A DNA stretch of 34,300 nt from Candidatus Bathyarchaeota archaeon (GTDB taxonomy: Archaea; Thermoproteota; Bathyarchaeia; Bathyarchaeales; Bathyarchaeaceae). The notes below the pieces were generated by a model. It searched no databases. It saw nothing but the letters and a program-made list of their open reading frames with translations, and was not told the DNA's origin. The position numbers and the translations under genes are program-made. Location: positions 873,947-908,246 of the forward strand of contig CP070754.1 of the NCBI GenBank assembly GCA_020348865.1, given 5' to 3'. Of this stretch, positions 1-8,382 are shown one piece after another. The stretch's first letter is position 1, and the number at the start of each line of letters is the position of its first letter.

Positions 1-122
1 AGGTTGGAAAAGGATGTATTGCACGCACATTGAACACACGAGGGAACCATTGGTTTGGTAACAACTTGTGACTATCTGTTGTGAGTTGTCCTTAAATCAA
101 GAACCGACTACATGTAATGTAG

Positions 123-710
123 GTGGCTAATGTGTCGGATTTCGTGAAAATAGTCAGTTTGCCTCCTATGAAGGTCGTGTCTTTTCACTCGATGGGAGAA
201 TTCTTGGGTGATCCCGAAGAGAAAGCCAGCACAAAAATGATGGCTTGGGCAAAATCTAAGGGTTTGCTGAGCAATCCTAGAGAGCACCAGGTATTCGGTT
301 TCAACAATCCAGACCCACCAATTAGTGAAGAAGGCATACCTGAACCAAACAAACGATATGGATACGAGTATTGGATAACTGTTGAAGATGATTTCAAGAC
401 AGAAGAGAACATAGATGTCAAAACAGTTGATGGTGGTTCATACGCAGTACTGACCTGCAGAGTCGAGAGCCCTGTTGACATTGGGAAAACCTGGGGAAAA
501 CTCATCAAGTGGATACAGGAGAGCGAAAAGTATGACTTCCATCCAAACTGCAGGGGACTGAAATCCCGTCACAGCAAAAGCCATTTTGAATATGGAATCA
601 CGGGATTGGAACATCATCTCAATCTTTTAGAGAGCCCACCGAAAGGAAAACCGTGGAAAACCCCTGAGAAGCTCGTCATGGACATTTATGTGCCGGTAAT
701 CGAGAAATAG
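123..710 (+). CDS. GyrI-like small-molecule-binding (effector-binding) domain protein
   Basis: 195 aa ORF with the GyrI-like pattern VKIVSLPPMKV...FGFNNP...YGYEYWITV...GGSYAV...W..L..W...MDIYVPV; no DNA-binding domain is attached. Confidence 0.75.
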   Translation: MANVSDFVKIVSLPPMKVVSFHSMGEFLGDPEEKASTKMMAWAKSKGLLSNPREHQVFGFNNPDPPISEEGIPEPNKRYGYEYWITVEDDFKTEENIDVKTVDGGSYAVLTCRVESPVDIGKTWGKLIKWIQESEKYDFHPNCRGLKSRHSKSHFEYGITGLEHHLNLLESPPKGKPWKTPEKLVMDIYVPVIEK

Positions 711-861
711 TCGAGTGTGGCATCTCGCATCGAACAATCTTTGCGTGCGTGCACCCCGTTAGCGGTTCCTTCTGCAAATCCTATCTTGTACGCTTGATTA
801 TGAAAAGAAAAGTTCAAATCGCTCAGCACTGTTCTACACGGCACACGGCAAGTGTTCTTAG

Positions 862-1716
862 ATGAGCAGAGTTAGCATCGTGAAAGGATCAAGCCCGGTT
901 GAAGTGACGGTTGAAGCTCTTGAGATGATAAAGTCAGACGTGGATCACGTTCTCTCCACGTCAAAGCCCGTTTTGATCAAGCCTAACTACATAAACTCAA
1001 AGCACCCTTCAACTGGAATTACCACAGACAGCAGAGTCATTGAAGGAGTCGTCAAGTTTCTGAACCAGCGCAAAACAGAAGATATTATTATTGGTGAAGG
1101 AAGCGGTTGGGGCGACACTTTTGAAGCTTTCAAAGTTGCGGGTGTTGACACGGTTGCTGAACGGTGGGACGTGAGACTTGTCGATCTCAACAAAGACAAT
1201 TTTGTTGAGGTTACCCCGCCTGATCCCTTGTCGCTTAAGAAAGTTAGAGTTGCGGAGACGAGCCTGGAAAGCATCGTGATAAGTGTTCCAAAGCTTAAGC
1301 TTCATAGAATAGCAACCGTCACGTTGGGTCTGAAGAATGTGATGGGTGTTCTGGCTTCTAAAGGGGCTATGCATAGAGGATCCCTCAGCAAGAAGATTGC
1401 TGACCTTGCTTCGGTTGTAAGACCAGGCATCTCGGTTGTCGATGGGATAATTGCAGGGGAAGGGCATGAGACCAGTGGAAAGCCTGTTGAGATGAATTTG
1501 GTCATAGCGGGAACTGATCCTGTAGCGGTTGACGCTGTTGGTGCTTCGGTGATGGGCATATCGCCGATTGATGTCAAACACTTGGTTCTTGCAGAGAAGA
1601 AAGGATTGGGAACATGTGACTTGGAAAAGATAAGTGTGCTGGGAGAGCCGATAGAGAAGGTGAAACGAAAGTTTCACAGATCATTCTCATCAAGACTCCT
1701 GTCTCACATCAGCTAA
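862..1716 (+). CDS. DUF362 domain protein
   Basis: Motifs VLIKPNY, TTDSRVI, IIGEGS, ISVPKLKLH...TLGLKN, DGIIAGEG and DPVAVDA are typical of DUF362. Confidence 0.85.
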   Translation: MSRVSIVKGSSPVEVTVEALEMIKSDVDHVLSTSKPVLIKPNYINSKHPSTGITTDSRVIEGVVKFLNQRKTEDIIIGEGSGWGDTFEAFKVAGVDTVAERWDVRLVDLNKDNFVEVTPPDPLSLKKVRVAETSLESIVISVPKLKLHRIATVTLGLKNVMGVLASKGAMHRGSLSKKIADLASVVRPGISVVDGIIAGEGHETSGKPVEMNLVIAGTDPVAVDAVGASVMGISPIDVKHLVLAEKKGLGTCDLEKISVLGEPIEKVKRKFHRSFSSRLLSHIS

Positions 1717-1837
1717 CATAGACTTGACCGTTGTTTGTTCAACTAGGGTTACAGATTATGTACTGTATGAGGAACTCTTAATAGTGTCAATCTCACTTTG
1801 AGAGACAATTTAAGCCGTAATGAAAGGAGATAACCAC

Positions 1838-2194
1838 ATGGGTCACACCATCTGTCACTTGGAGATTCCCACGACGGATGTAAAAAGATCTGGAGAATTC
1901 TACAAGCAGCTATTCGGTTGGGATATGGATTATGGTTGGGGACCTGACTATGCACTGTTCAACACAGGTGAAGGAGTATTAACTGGTGGAGGCTTCGACA
2001 GGAAGGACAAAATCACACCTGGCAACATAATAATATACATCCAAGCTGACGACATCAACGGAATGCTTGAAAAAGCTGTTAACCTAGGCGCCAAAAAGGT
2101 GAAGGAAAGAACAGAGATTCCAAACGTAGGCTGGTTTGGAATCTTCACCGACCTAGATGGCAACACAATAGGCTTGTTCACTCCTAAGAAATAA
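1838..2194 (+). CDS. VOC family (glyoxalase/bleomycin-resistance-like) protein
   Basis: ICHLEIP...FYKQLFGW...G..FTDLDGNTIGL. ATG 1838 is preferred over 1820 because it follows a GGAG Shine-Dalgarno. Confidence 0.85.
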   Translation: MGHTICHLEIPTTDVKRSGEFYKQLFGWDMDYGWGPDYALFNTGEGVLTGGGFDRKDKITPGNIIIYIQADDINGMLEKAVNLGAKKVKERTEIPNVGWFGIFTDLDGNTIGLFTPKK

Positions 2195-2340
2195 GCAACC
2201 GTGCTTCTTTCCACGCGCAGGAAAGCATACTCCCACATCGTTGTGTAGCTGCATTCTCCGAAGATAAGAGAAGCAGACACCTTCGGTCTCACTCGTTTTG
2301 CTTATTAGTGCGGCTGTTTCGAATCTCGCCTGCGTGTAGC

Positions 2341-2473
2341 CAGTCGCAAGAGGAAAAGTTCATCTGCTGGGTTGCCAGAAACAGTGATGAAGCAGCAGAG
2401 CGATTCGAAGCTGACATTGACTACGTGACTGGCGAATACGGCGACGCAGGTAAAGGCTCAAGAAGAAAAGTGA
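2341..2473 (+). pseudogene. Probable eroded C-terminal tail of a tyrosine recombinase/integrase
   Basis: Translates to QSQEEKFICWVARNSDEAAERFEADIDYVTGEYGDAGK.., followed by a basic tail and a TGA in a shifted frame. This resembles, from memory, the C-terminal motif of bathyarchaeal integrases (F.CKVA.T.EEA..LIEAGFEYVTGEY.DGGK.FRKRK). No catalytic domain is visible upstream. Confidence 0.5.
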
Positions 2474-2499
2474 CGCACTCGGTTGATGTCTACCTCTGT

Positions 2500-2575
2500 G
2501 GGGTCGTGGTCCAGCATGGTCTAAGATTCGCGCTTGGGGTGTGCGAGATCCGGGGTTCAAATCCCCGCGACCCCA
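2500..2575 (+). tRNA. tRNA-Pro(GGG), CCA not encoded
   Basis: Acceptor GGGGTCG/CGACCCC plus discriminator A; anticodon arm CGCGC-TTGGGGT-GTGCG (GGG at 2536-2538); T arm CGGGG-TTCAAAT-CCCCG. Confidence 0.95.
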
Positions 2576-2703
2576 TCACAATATGAGATTAGCAACTGTC
2601 TTGGGCAACGCTTGGATTTTGGAGAAACGGTGCAAAGAGAAGAAATCGAGTTAGTGCATGCATAACGCGCGCGCAGGACTCCTAACCGGAAATCCCCGGA
2701 AAG

Positions 2704-3201
2704 CTATTCACTCCACCAAGGTTCCTCTAGCAATTCAGAAATCTTCTGTCTTAGAGTCTTCTCATTGTTATAGAAACGTTTCGATAATCTCTGCCAGAGC
2801 CATATGGAAGCTTTCTGACCGTCCAATATTACGTCACGAGACCCTGTCTGGGCTGTGATTGCACTATCCCTTACCCTTTTTGCTTCATAGTTATGGTTCT
2901 CTATTTCGAAATGGATGGATGACAATTTTGTTCTCTCGCCATATGAGAGAAGTTTCACATCTCCAGAAGTTATCGTTGAATCCCACATCATTGTTGGCAG
3001 AAGCATCCCTTTTCCTTTCAACAGACTTGCACATTTCTGCAACTCATTCTTCACGGTTGCTCTGAGTTTCTTTCGGTTCTGATTGTCTCTACGCCATTCC
3101 CACCAGCTTCTCAAACCAAATGCTGCAAGGATCCCCAGAAAAGACTCCACGAAGAAGCTCAATATTAGCAATAGGAGTGTTCGGCTTAAAAGCACACGCA
3201 T
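2704..3201 (-). CDS. Hypothetical protein with an N-terminal membrane anchor
   Basis: 165 aa ORF: hydrophobic N-terminus, then a basic/helical soluble domain; divergent from the gene at 3277. Confidence 0.6.
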   Translation of the reverse strand: MRVLLSRTLLLLILSFFVESFLGILAAFGLRSWWEWRRDNQNRKKLRATVKNELQKCASLLKGKGMLLPTMMWDSTITSGDVKLLSYGERTKLSSIHFEIENHNYEAKRVRDSAITAQTGSRDVILDGQKASIWLWQRLSKRFYNNEKTLRQKISELLEEPWWSE

Positions 3202-3276
3202 GATAGCGTTATTGAATATTGTTTCTGAAATCTTAAATGTCTAAATCTCTCATACGATGTGAAGAAGGGAGAAGAA

Positions 3277-4473
3277 ATGAATAGGAAAACCGTTTCTGGA
3301 ATAATGTTAACACTGTTTCTGATAAGCGTAGTGGGCATGGTATTTAATACGCTACGTGCTGTGGAAGCTACATAGGTTTTGTTTGAGGAAGACTTTGAAA
3401 GTTATTCTGTAGGTAGTTTTCCATCTCACAGATTCTATGCCCGATGGGGAGGATGGTGGGTGACAGAGGAGGGTGGCAACAAATTCTTGAGAAGTGTGCC
3501 TCATACTGGTTCAAACTACGACATAATCACGATGCAAAAATTCCCAAGCGACGTAAAGATTGAATTTCTGACAAGACATTCACTTGGGCAGCTTATGTTA
3601 TACATTGCAAATACCCTCGAAGGAACTCCTGGAACATTTTGCTTTGGAATGTGGATCAATGGAACTCATTACAGCATTTATTATCACTGGAATGATGGCG
3701 TCAACTATATCGCTAACTCTAGTGTTCTTGGAACCTTTACAACTCAGCCCAACATCTGGCACAAAGCAAGTATGTCGCTTACAGGGACCCTTGCCGAATT
3801 CTATGTGAACGATTCATTTGTCTTCGAGTACGATATCAGCACAGTTATCCCCTTTCCAGTAGAGAATTTCTTCTTGTACTGGGCGACTTGGGGGCAAAGA
3901 GGCATAGATAACGTAGCAGTTTATAGACAACCAACCATAGTATCAGCTGCAATCGACGTAGACCCTGACACTTTGAGTTTGAGAAGTCAAGGACGATGGA
4001 TTACCGCCTACATTGAGCTTCCAGAAGGCTACAATGTGAGTGACGTTGATGTTTCCTCAATTAAACTAAATGAGACGTTTTCGGTTGATCCTGATGCTCC
4101 CACACAAATCGGAGACTATGATAGTGATGGCATCCCTGATTTGATGGTCAAGTTCAACAGAACTGAATTGACATCCTACCTCTACAATATTCTTGAAGCA
4201 AGGCTGGATACTGTAGTCCTAGCCGTTTCTGGAAATCTCACTGATGGAAGGTTGTTTGAAGGCTCTGAGGTTGTGAGGACCAGGCTTGCTGGAGATGCAA
4301 ACGAAGATTTCGTGGTGGACGTTACTGACCTTTCCATGTTGGGAAGAAGTTATGGAGCAAGGATAGACGAAAGCGCTTACGACGCGAGATTGGATTTGAT
4401 GAGTGATGGAGTCGTTGATGTGCGAGACCTGATGCTAATCTGCATCAATTATGGAGCAACAATACCAGAATAG
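3277..4473 (+). pseudogene. Secreted/surface protein (signal peptide, ConA/LamG-like beta domain, bathyarchaeal repeat domain, C-terminal dockerin-like EF-hand pair) interrupted by an in-frame TAG at 3373-3375
   Basis: ATG 3277 (after GGAG) encodes MNRKTVSGIMLTLFLISVVGMVFNTLRAVEAT*VLFEEDFESY, in frame with ORF 3379-4473. Dockerin-like motifs GDANEDFVVDVTDL and DLMSDGVVDVRDL. Confidence 0.75.
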
Positions 4474-4773
4474 TTTCACGCAAAAAAGGGGGAGTTGCGG
4501 GGGATATCTCCACTCGACTGCGAAATCCGGGAAACCTAGGTACATTTTGACTAAATTCGCATCTTTTTTCATGCTACTTCCGCGTTCTGAAATGGGCTAA
4601 GCCATCGCTGTCTTGCCAACCCTTTCGAAGCGCGCTTCAAGCGTGCATGCTTCAGAGGATTTTTCCAGCACACGCCTATGAAAAGCATGATATCTCAAGC
4701 GAATGCTGAAGACTAATCCCGATTTCTCTGCGAAACTCCTTATTCTCCATCAACTATTGTGTGAGCGAACATG

Positions 4774-5247
4774 TTATGGGAACGTAGGCTCACTCCATCT
4801 TTTCAAGTTCTCTTCACACTTCTTCTTCACAGCTTGGTTTACGCTTCTGTCTCTCAATGTCCTTAGGAATTCCATGCGCTTCTCGACAGCCTTAGTTTCT
4901 CCCATTTCATAGTATAATCTGCCTTCCAAGAAATCTTTCATCTGTTGTGCCTTCTGTATGATGAAACCTGCAGCTTCGATTGGGTCGGCAACCACGTAAC
5001 TGTTTGCCCATATGGTGACTTCTGCTTCGCGAAGCTGGCTTAACCCAGAGATTTCGCGGATTTGCCTGACGTATGTTCGTAGGAAATCATAGAATTCGGC
5101 TGTTTTTATCAACTTCAAAGCTTCTTCTGTTTTGCTCTTGAAGTCTGGGCTTCCGTTCACTTCCAAATCATGCTTGTAGCCTTTCTCTATGAGCTCCATA
5201 GCCTTCTTCACCTCTTGAATAGTGTAGACTCTTTCCGGGAATTTCAT
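4774..5247 (-). CDS. Hypothetical soluble protein
   Basis: 157 aa ORF with a natural Lys/Glu-rich composition; no motif recognised. Confidence 0.7.
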   Translation of the reverse strand: MKFPERVYTIQEVKKAMELIEKGYKHDLEVNGSPDFKSKTEEALKLIKTAEFYDFLRTYVRQIREISGLSQLREAEVTIWANSYVVADPIEAAGFIIQKAQQMKDFLEGRLYYEMGETKAVEKRMEFLRTLRDRSVNQAVKKKCEENLKRWSEPTFP

Positions 5248-5364
5248 TGCGTTCCGTCCATGTGCCGATAGCTAACTATCCAGTCAGTGTACATATTTTT
5301 GTCTCTCATGAAAGTTTTGGAGTAGTGCGTCTGCATGCGATATTGCTTGCAAGCTTATGGTTTG

Positions 5365-5655
5365 CTACAGGTAGTCAACAACTTTGCCTTCTTGGGTGAG
5401 TTTGTAGCTTGTCTTTTCTTTTTTGACTTCCTTCTCTACGCAGAAGCCATACTCCAACACGCTGAGATGCCATTTCAGTGTGTCAATGTCCAAACCAGTG
5501 CTCGATTTGAGTTCTTCTATGGTTTCGCAGCCTTTCTGCAGAGCCCTAAGAATTTTTCTTCTCAAAGGACTGTTGATAGCCCTAAGATATCGCGTGTGGT
5601 ATTCTCTATTTTCCTCAATTGACTTGCCAATTGTCTTTGAGCCTTTATCTGACAA
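5365..5655 (-). CDS. ArsR-like winged helix-turn-helix transcription regulator
   Basis: AINSPLRRKILRAL...TIEELKSSTGLDIDTLKWHLSVLEYG...YKLTQEG is a typical wHTH pattern. Confidence 0.85.
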   Translation of the reverse strand: MSDKGSKTIGKSIEENREYHTRYLRAINSPLRRKILRALQKGCETIEELKSSTGLDIDTLKWHLSVLEYGFCVEKEVKKEKTSYKLTQEGKVVDYL

Positions 5656-5714
5656 GATGCTTCACGATTATAGTACACGTATAGTGTTATCTTTCATATG
5701 AATATTCAGAGTCT

Positions 5715-5749
5715 TATCATCTACGGAATAGGGGCGGTTGTAGATGATA
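5715..5749. promoter_or_regulatory. 10-bp perfect inverted repeat (operator or hairpin)
   Basis: TATCATCTAC-N15-GTAGATGATA, between the polB2 stop and the wHTH gene start. Confidence 0.45.
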
Positions 5750-5825
5750 TTTTCGCTGTTGGAAGGAGAAGAACTGGTTCTGGGGCATCACGGGGGCGAA
5801 GGTGTTGAACCTCACTTCCTGTCTT

Positions 5826-8144
5826 TTATGTTATTGTCGGAATGGTGCTTAACACCATCTGCTTCTCGCCATAAACTAGCTGATTTTTTATCGCTTCTTC
5901 AGTGTATTTGAATTGACTGATAATACTCGCTCCTGCTAGGATCAGCATGTCCATATACTTTTCGACATCAAACAGGTTCTCATCGTTGATTAGTTCTGCA
6001 GCTTTTACACGCTTACTTGGTCTTCTATTTCCAGCATCTGTTATCAAATATCGGACAGTTTGCCCTCCAGAAATCTCTATGCCCTCCTTCATCAATTGTC
6101 TTGCAGCTATAGCTTGAAAAACGTCATGAACATAGTTATCCGGATTCATGGAAAGCCGCTTTGAAATAATCAAATCCTGAAAATCAACGTTGATATCCTT
6201 CAGGTTCTCTAAGTAGCCTCTCAAAATTTCTAGCGATTCAGGGATCCTGTTCAAAAAGCCCTTTGAGTCCTGAGCCTTCGCAAGAACTCTTATCATATCC
6301 ATCTGAGCCTCCCGAATGAAAGGCGGCGTATCTCTCCTTACGGCTTCAATACCCCTCACCTTGATTTCCCCAGAATCAAACACTCCATAGTAACGGTTGA
6401 GAACAGGGACATCAACGTATGTTCTAGAGGGCAAGAAAACAATCCAGCGATATCTACCTTCAACATTCAACTGCACACCAATTTTCTTGGAGACCACTCT
6501 ACAAAGGTCTACGTGTTCTTTTGGCAATGTGTTTTCCTTCTTCAGCCACAAGGAATCAACAATACCATGAACGATTTCGAAACCTCTCTCCTCAGCTATA
6601 CGCACAGCTTCCAGTAGAGCCTCTCTAGCAAAAGCGCAAACCGCAATATGCGCGTCAACTTTGCCGAAACGAGCATTCTTATAACCAAGATAACCAAAAC
6701 AAGTCACCAAAATCCACTTCAAAGCATTCTGCCTATGATTGTAGATTTGTCTTTTTTTCGCGTCTTCAGCCTCATTCCTGAGACGCTTATAGGCGGCTCG
6801 CTTCCTCAGAATCATCTTTAAGGTTCGCGGAACTATGCCCTCACGCTTCTCACAGACATTGTACCCAAGCTCAGGCACCCTCAACTTTGAATCCGGACAA
6901 CATTTGCAAAGGACCGTTTCAGCGGAAATATTCTGCTTCGCCATCAATGTTGGATACATCGATGAAAAATCAACTTCTGCAACTCCATCGTGGATACCCA
7001 GCCGAGGCTCAAATATGAACCCTCCTCTATCCGCTACCAGTAACTCCCAAGCTGACTTGAAAGTTTCAGGCTCCTGTTTCTTCCAAGGGATTAGGATGTC
7101 ATCCTTCGTCGCCTGATAGAGCTGCAAAGAAGACATTATTGTTCCAATTGACGCCCTCGAGGCTCTGTGTAAAGGAAACCTGCAAGTTCTTGAAACCTCG
7201 ATCAACCCATCCAGTCCACAAGCTGAATAAATGAACGTGTTCTTTTCGTCAATATGAATTCGTCCACGCAACCTGCGCATGGGTGCCTTAAAATAAGCTC
7301 TTCCATACGAGAAGAACGTAGTACCACATTTCTTCTCGGCCTTAAGGGGAATGCGCTCTCGTCCCAAAATAAGCCCGTTCAATATTTCGTTTAGCAACGC
7401 CCTGTGAGCCAGATACGGAAAAAGGAACGAGTCTCCTCCACGAGTAAAAATGATGTCCGGGTCCTTCTCTCTGATGGCTTCAACAGTTCTGAGGATCTTT
7501 TCATCTTCCTTTGCATCATCAATGACAATGCTTTCTCTATTACTTCTAAGGGTGATGACCCCGATTGGATCATTGAAGTTAGGGATGGCCTTTTTTTTGG
7601 CTATTTCTATCTGCATCGCCATCAAGCGTAGAGGAGGAAGTGCATAATTCACGCTTTCAACCGATTCCAACAGCCAGTAGGCAAGTCTATCTCCTTGAAT
7701 CGTGACTCCTACAGAAGCAAGCGGAAAAACGTCTCTATCATAGAAGTATGCCTGCGCATATGGGATATCCACGTTATGAAACCTTAACTTCTTACATCCA
7801 CTGGATTTCAGCAACTTTCGGACGAAGTGAGATATCCTACGACAATCTGTGATGGTAACCTCCAAAACCTTTGTCTTCTTGTTTTCCATGAAATCAGCAT
7901 ACTTTCTCACATACCGCCACTTGGCCAAAGACTTGCTCACTGCAAGTTGAGTGGTTAACTTAGACAAATCGCTAATCCGACCTGAAACGTAAATCTTTGG
8001 CTGAAACTTATCCACTAATTTCACGCGTTCTCCATTCTCAGCTATAATCCACACTGTCATTTCGCCAAGATTGGAAGGATATACGTCGAGTAGCCAACCC
8101 TTCAACAGTTTAAGGCTACTCAAGTTGCCTTTCCAACTGCTCAA
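5826..8144 (-). CDS. polB2: Family B DNA polymerase, PolB2 (Dpo2) group, with degenerate proofreading exonuclease
   Basis: Motif A DFSSMYP, motif B KWILVTCFGYLG, motif C HGIVDS (canonical YGDTDS), CKCC...C insert, KVRGIEAVRRD. Exo motifs are eroded (MQIEI; GGDSFLFPYL). The true start may be a downstream TTG (8123 or 8105). Confidence 0.9.
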   Translation of the reverse strand: MSSWKGNLSSLKLLKGWLLDVYPSNLGEMTVWIIAENGERVKLVDKFQPKIYVSGRISDLSKLTTQLAVSKSLAKWRYVRKYADFMENKKTKVLEVTITDCRRISHFVRKLLKSSGCKKLRFHNVDIPYAQAYFYDRDVFPLASVGVTIQGDRLAYWLLESVESVNYALPPLRLMAMQIEIAKKKAIPNFNDPIGVITLRSNRESIVIDDAKEDEKILRTVEAIREKDPDIIFTRGGDSFLFPYLAHRALLNEILNGLILGRERIPLKAEKKCGTTFFSYGRAYFKAPMRRLRGRIHIDEKNTFIYSACGLDGLIEVSRTCRFPLHRASRASIGTIMSSLQLYQATKDDILIPWKKQEPETFKSAWELLVADRGGFIFEPRLGIHDGVAEVDFSSMYPTLMAKQNISAETVLCKCCPDSKLRVPELGYNVCEKREGIVPRTLKMILRKRAAYKRLRNEAEDAKKRQIYNHRQNALKWILVTCFGYLGYKNARFGKVDAHIAVCAFAREALLEAVRIAEERGFEIVHGIVDSLWLKKENTLPKEHVDLCRVVSKKIGVQLNVEGRYRWIVFLPSRTYVDVPVLNRYYGVFDSGEIKVRGIEAVRRDTPPFIREAQMDMIRVLAKAQDSKGFLNRIPESLEILRGYLENLKDINVDFQDLIISKRLSMNPDNYVHDVFQAIAARQLMKEGIEISGGQTVRYLITDAGNRRPSKRVKAAELINDENLFDVEKYMDMLILAGASIISQFKYTEEAIKNQLVYGEKQMVLSTIPTIT

Positions 8145-8379
8145 TTCTCTCTTTAATCTCCGCTAACATCTTTTCGTGATGAAGCAGAATCGACATGAAC
8201 ATAGCTTCAAGCAAAATCGGCCTCGTAGCCATACTTCCCGCTGACGCAAGCATTCTGCAAGCATTCATCATACGATTAAAAGCTTCAGTATCCTTCTTTC
8301 TCATCCCTTTCTTGAAGCCCTTCCACTTCTCAATCTCATTCTCCAACGCTTGACGATATGAAGGAACAGTTTTTCCCAT
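8116..8379 (-). CDS. Small helical PolB2-associated protein (arCOG07300-like)
   Basis: MGKTVPSYR..LE.EI..W..F...MR...AF..M...R......FMSILL pattern; position directly upstream of polB2. Confidence 0.8.
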   Translation of the reverse strand: MGKTVPSYRQALENEIEKWKGFKKGMRKKDTEAFNRMMNACRMLASAGSMATRPILLEAMFMSILLHHEKMLAEIKERIEQLERQLE

Positions 8380-8382
8380 TCA

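Noticed and set aside
1-33. Possible 3' end of an upstream gene (RLEKDVLHAH*)
   Set aside because: Only 10 codons are visible; too short to support.
2308-2586. 92-aa ORF as a real gene
   Set aside because: It runs through tRNA-Pro; only its middle looks protein-like, as an integrase remnant.
3373-3375. Genome-wide TAG reassignment
   Set aside because: TAG terminates conserved genes at their expected ends (rps7, DRG GTPase, HMG-CoA reductase); only one internal TAG was seen.
2690-4538. Similar GAAATCCCCGGAAAGCTA (about 2690) and GAAATCCGGGAAACCTA (about 4522) as att sites or element ends
   Set aside because: Short and imperfect, and they do not reproduce the tRNA 3' end; may be chance.
5826-8144. 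PolB as a casposon, virus or replicative polymerase
   Set aside because: No cas1, terminal repeats or viral genes; the motifs and the two partner genes fit the cellular PolB2 group.
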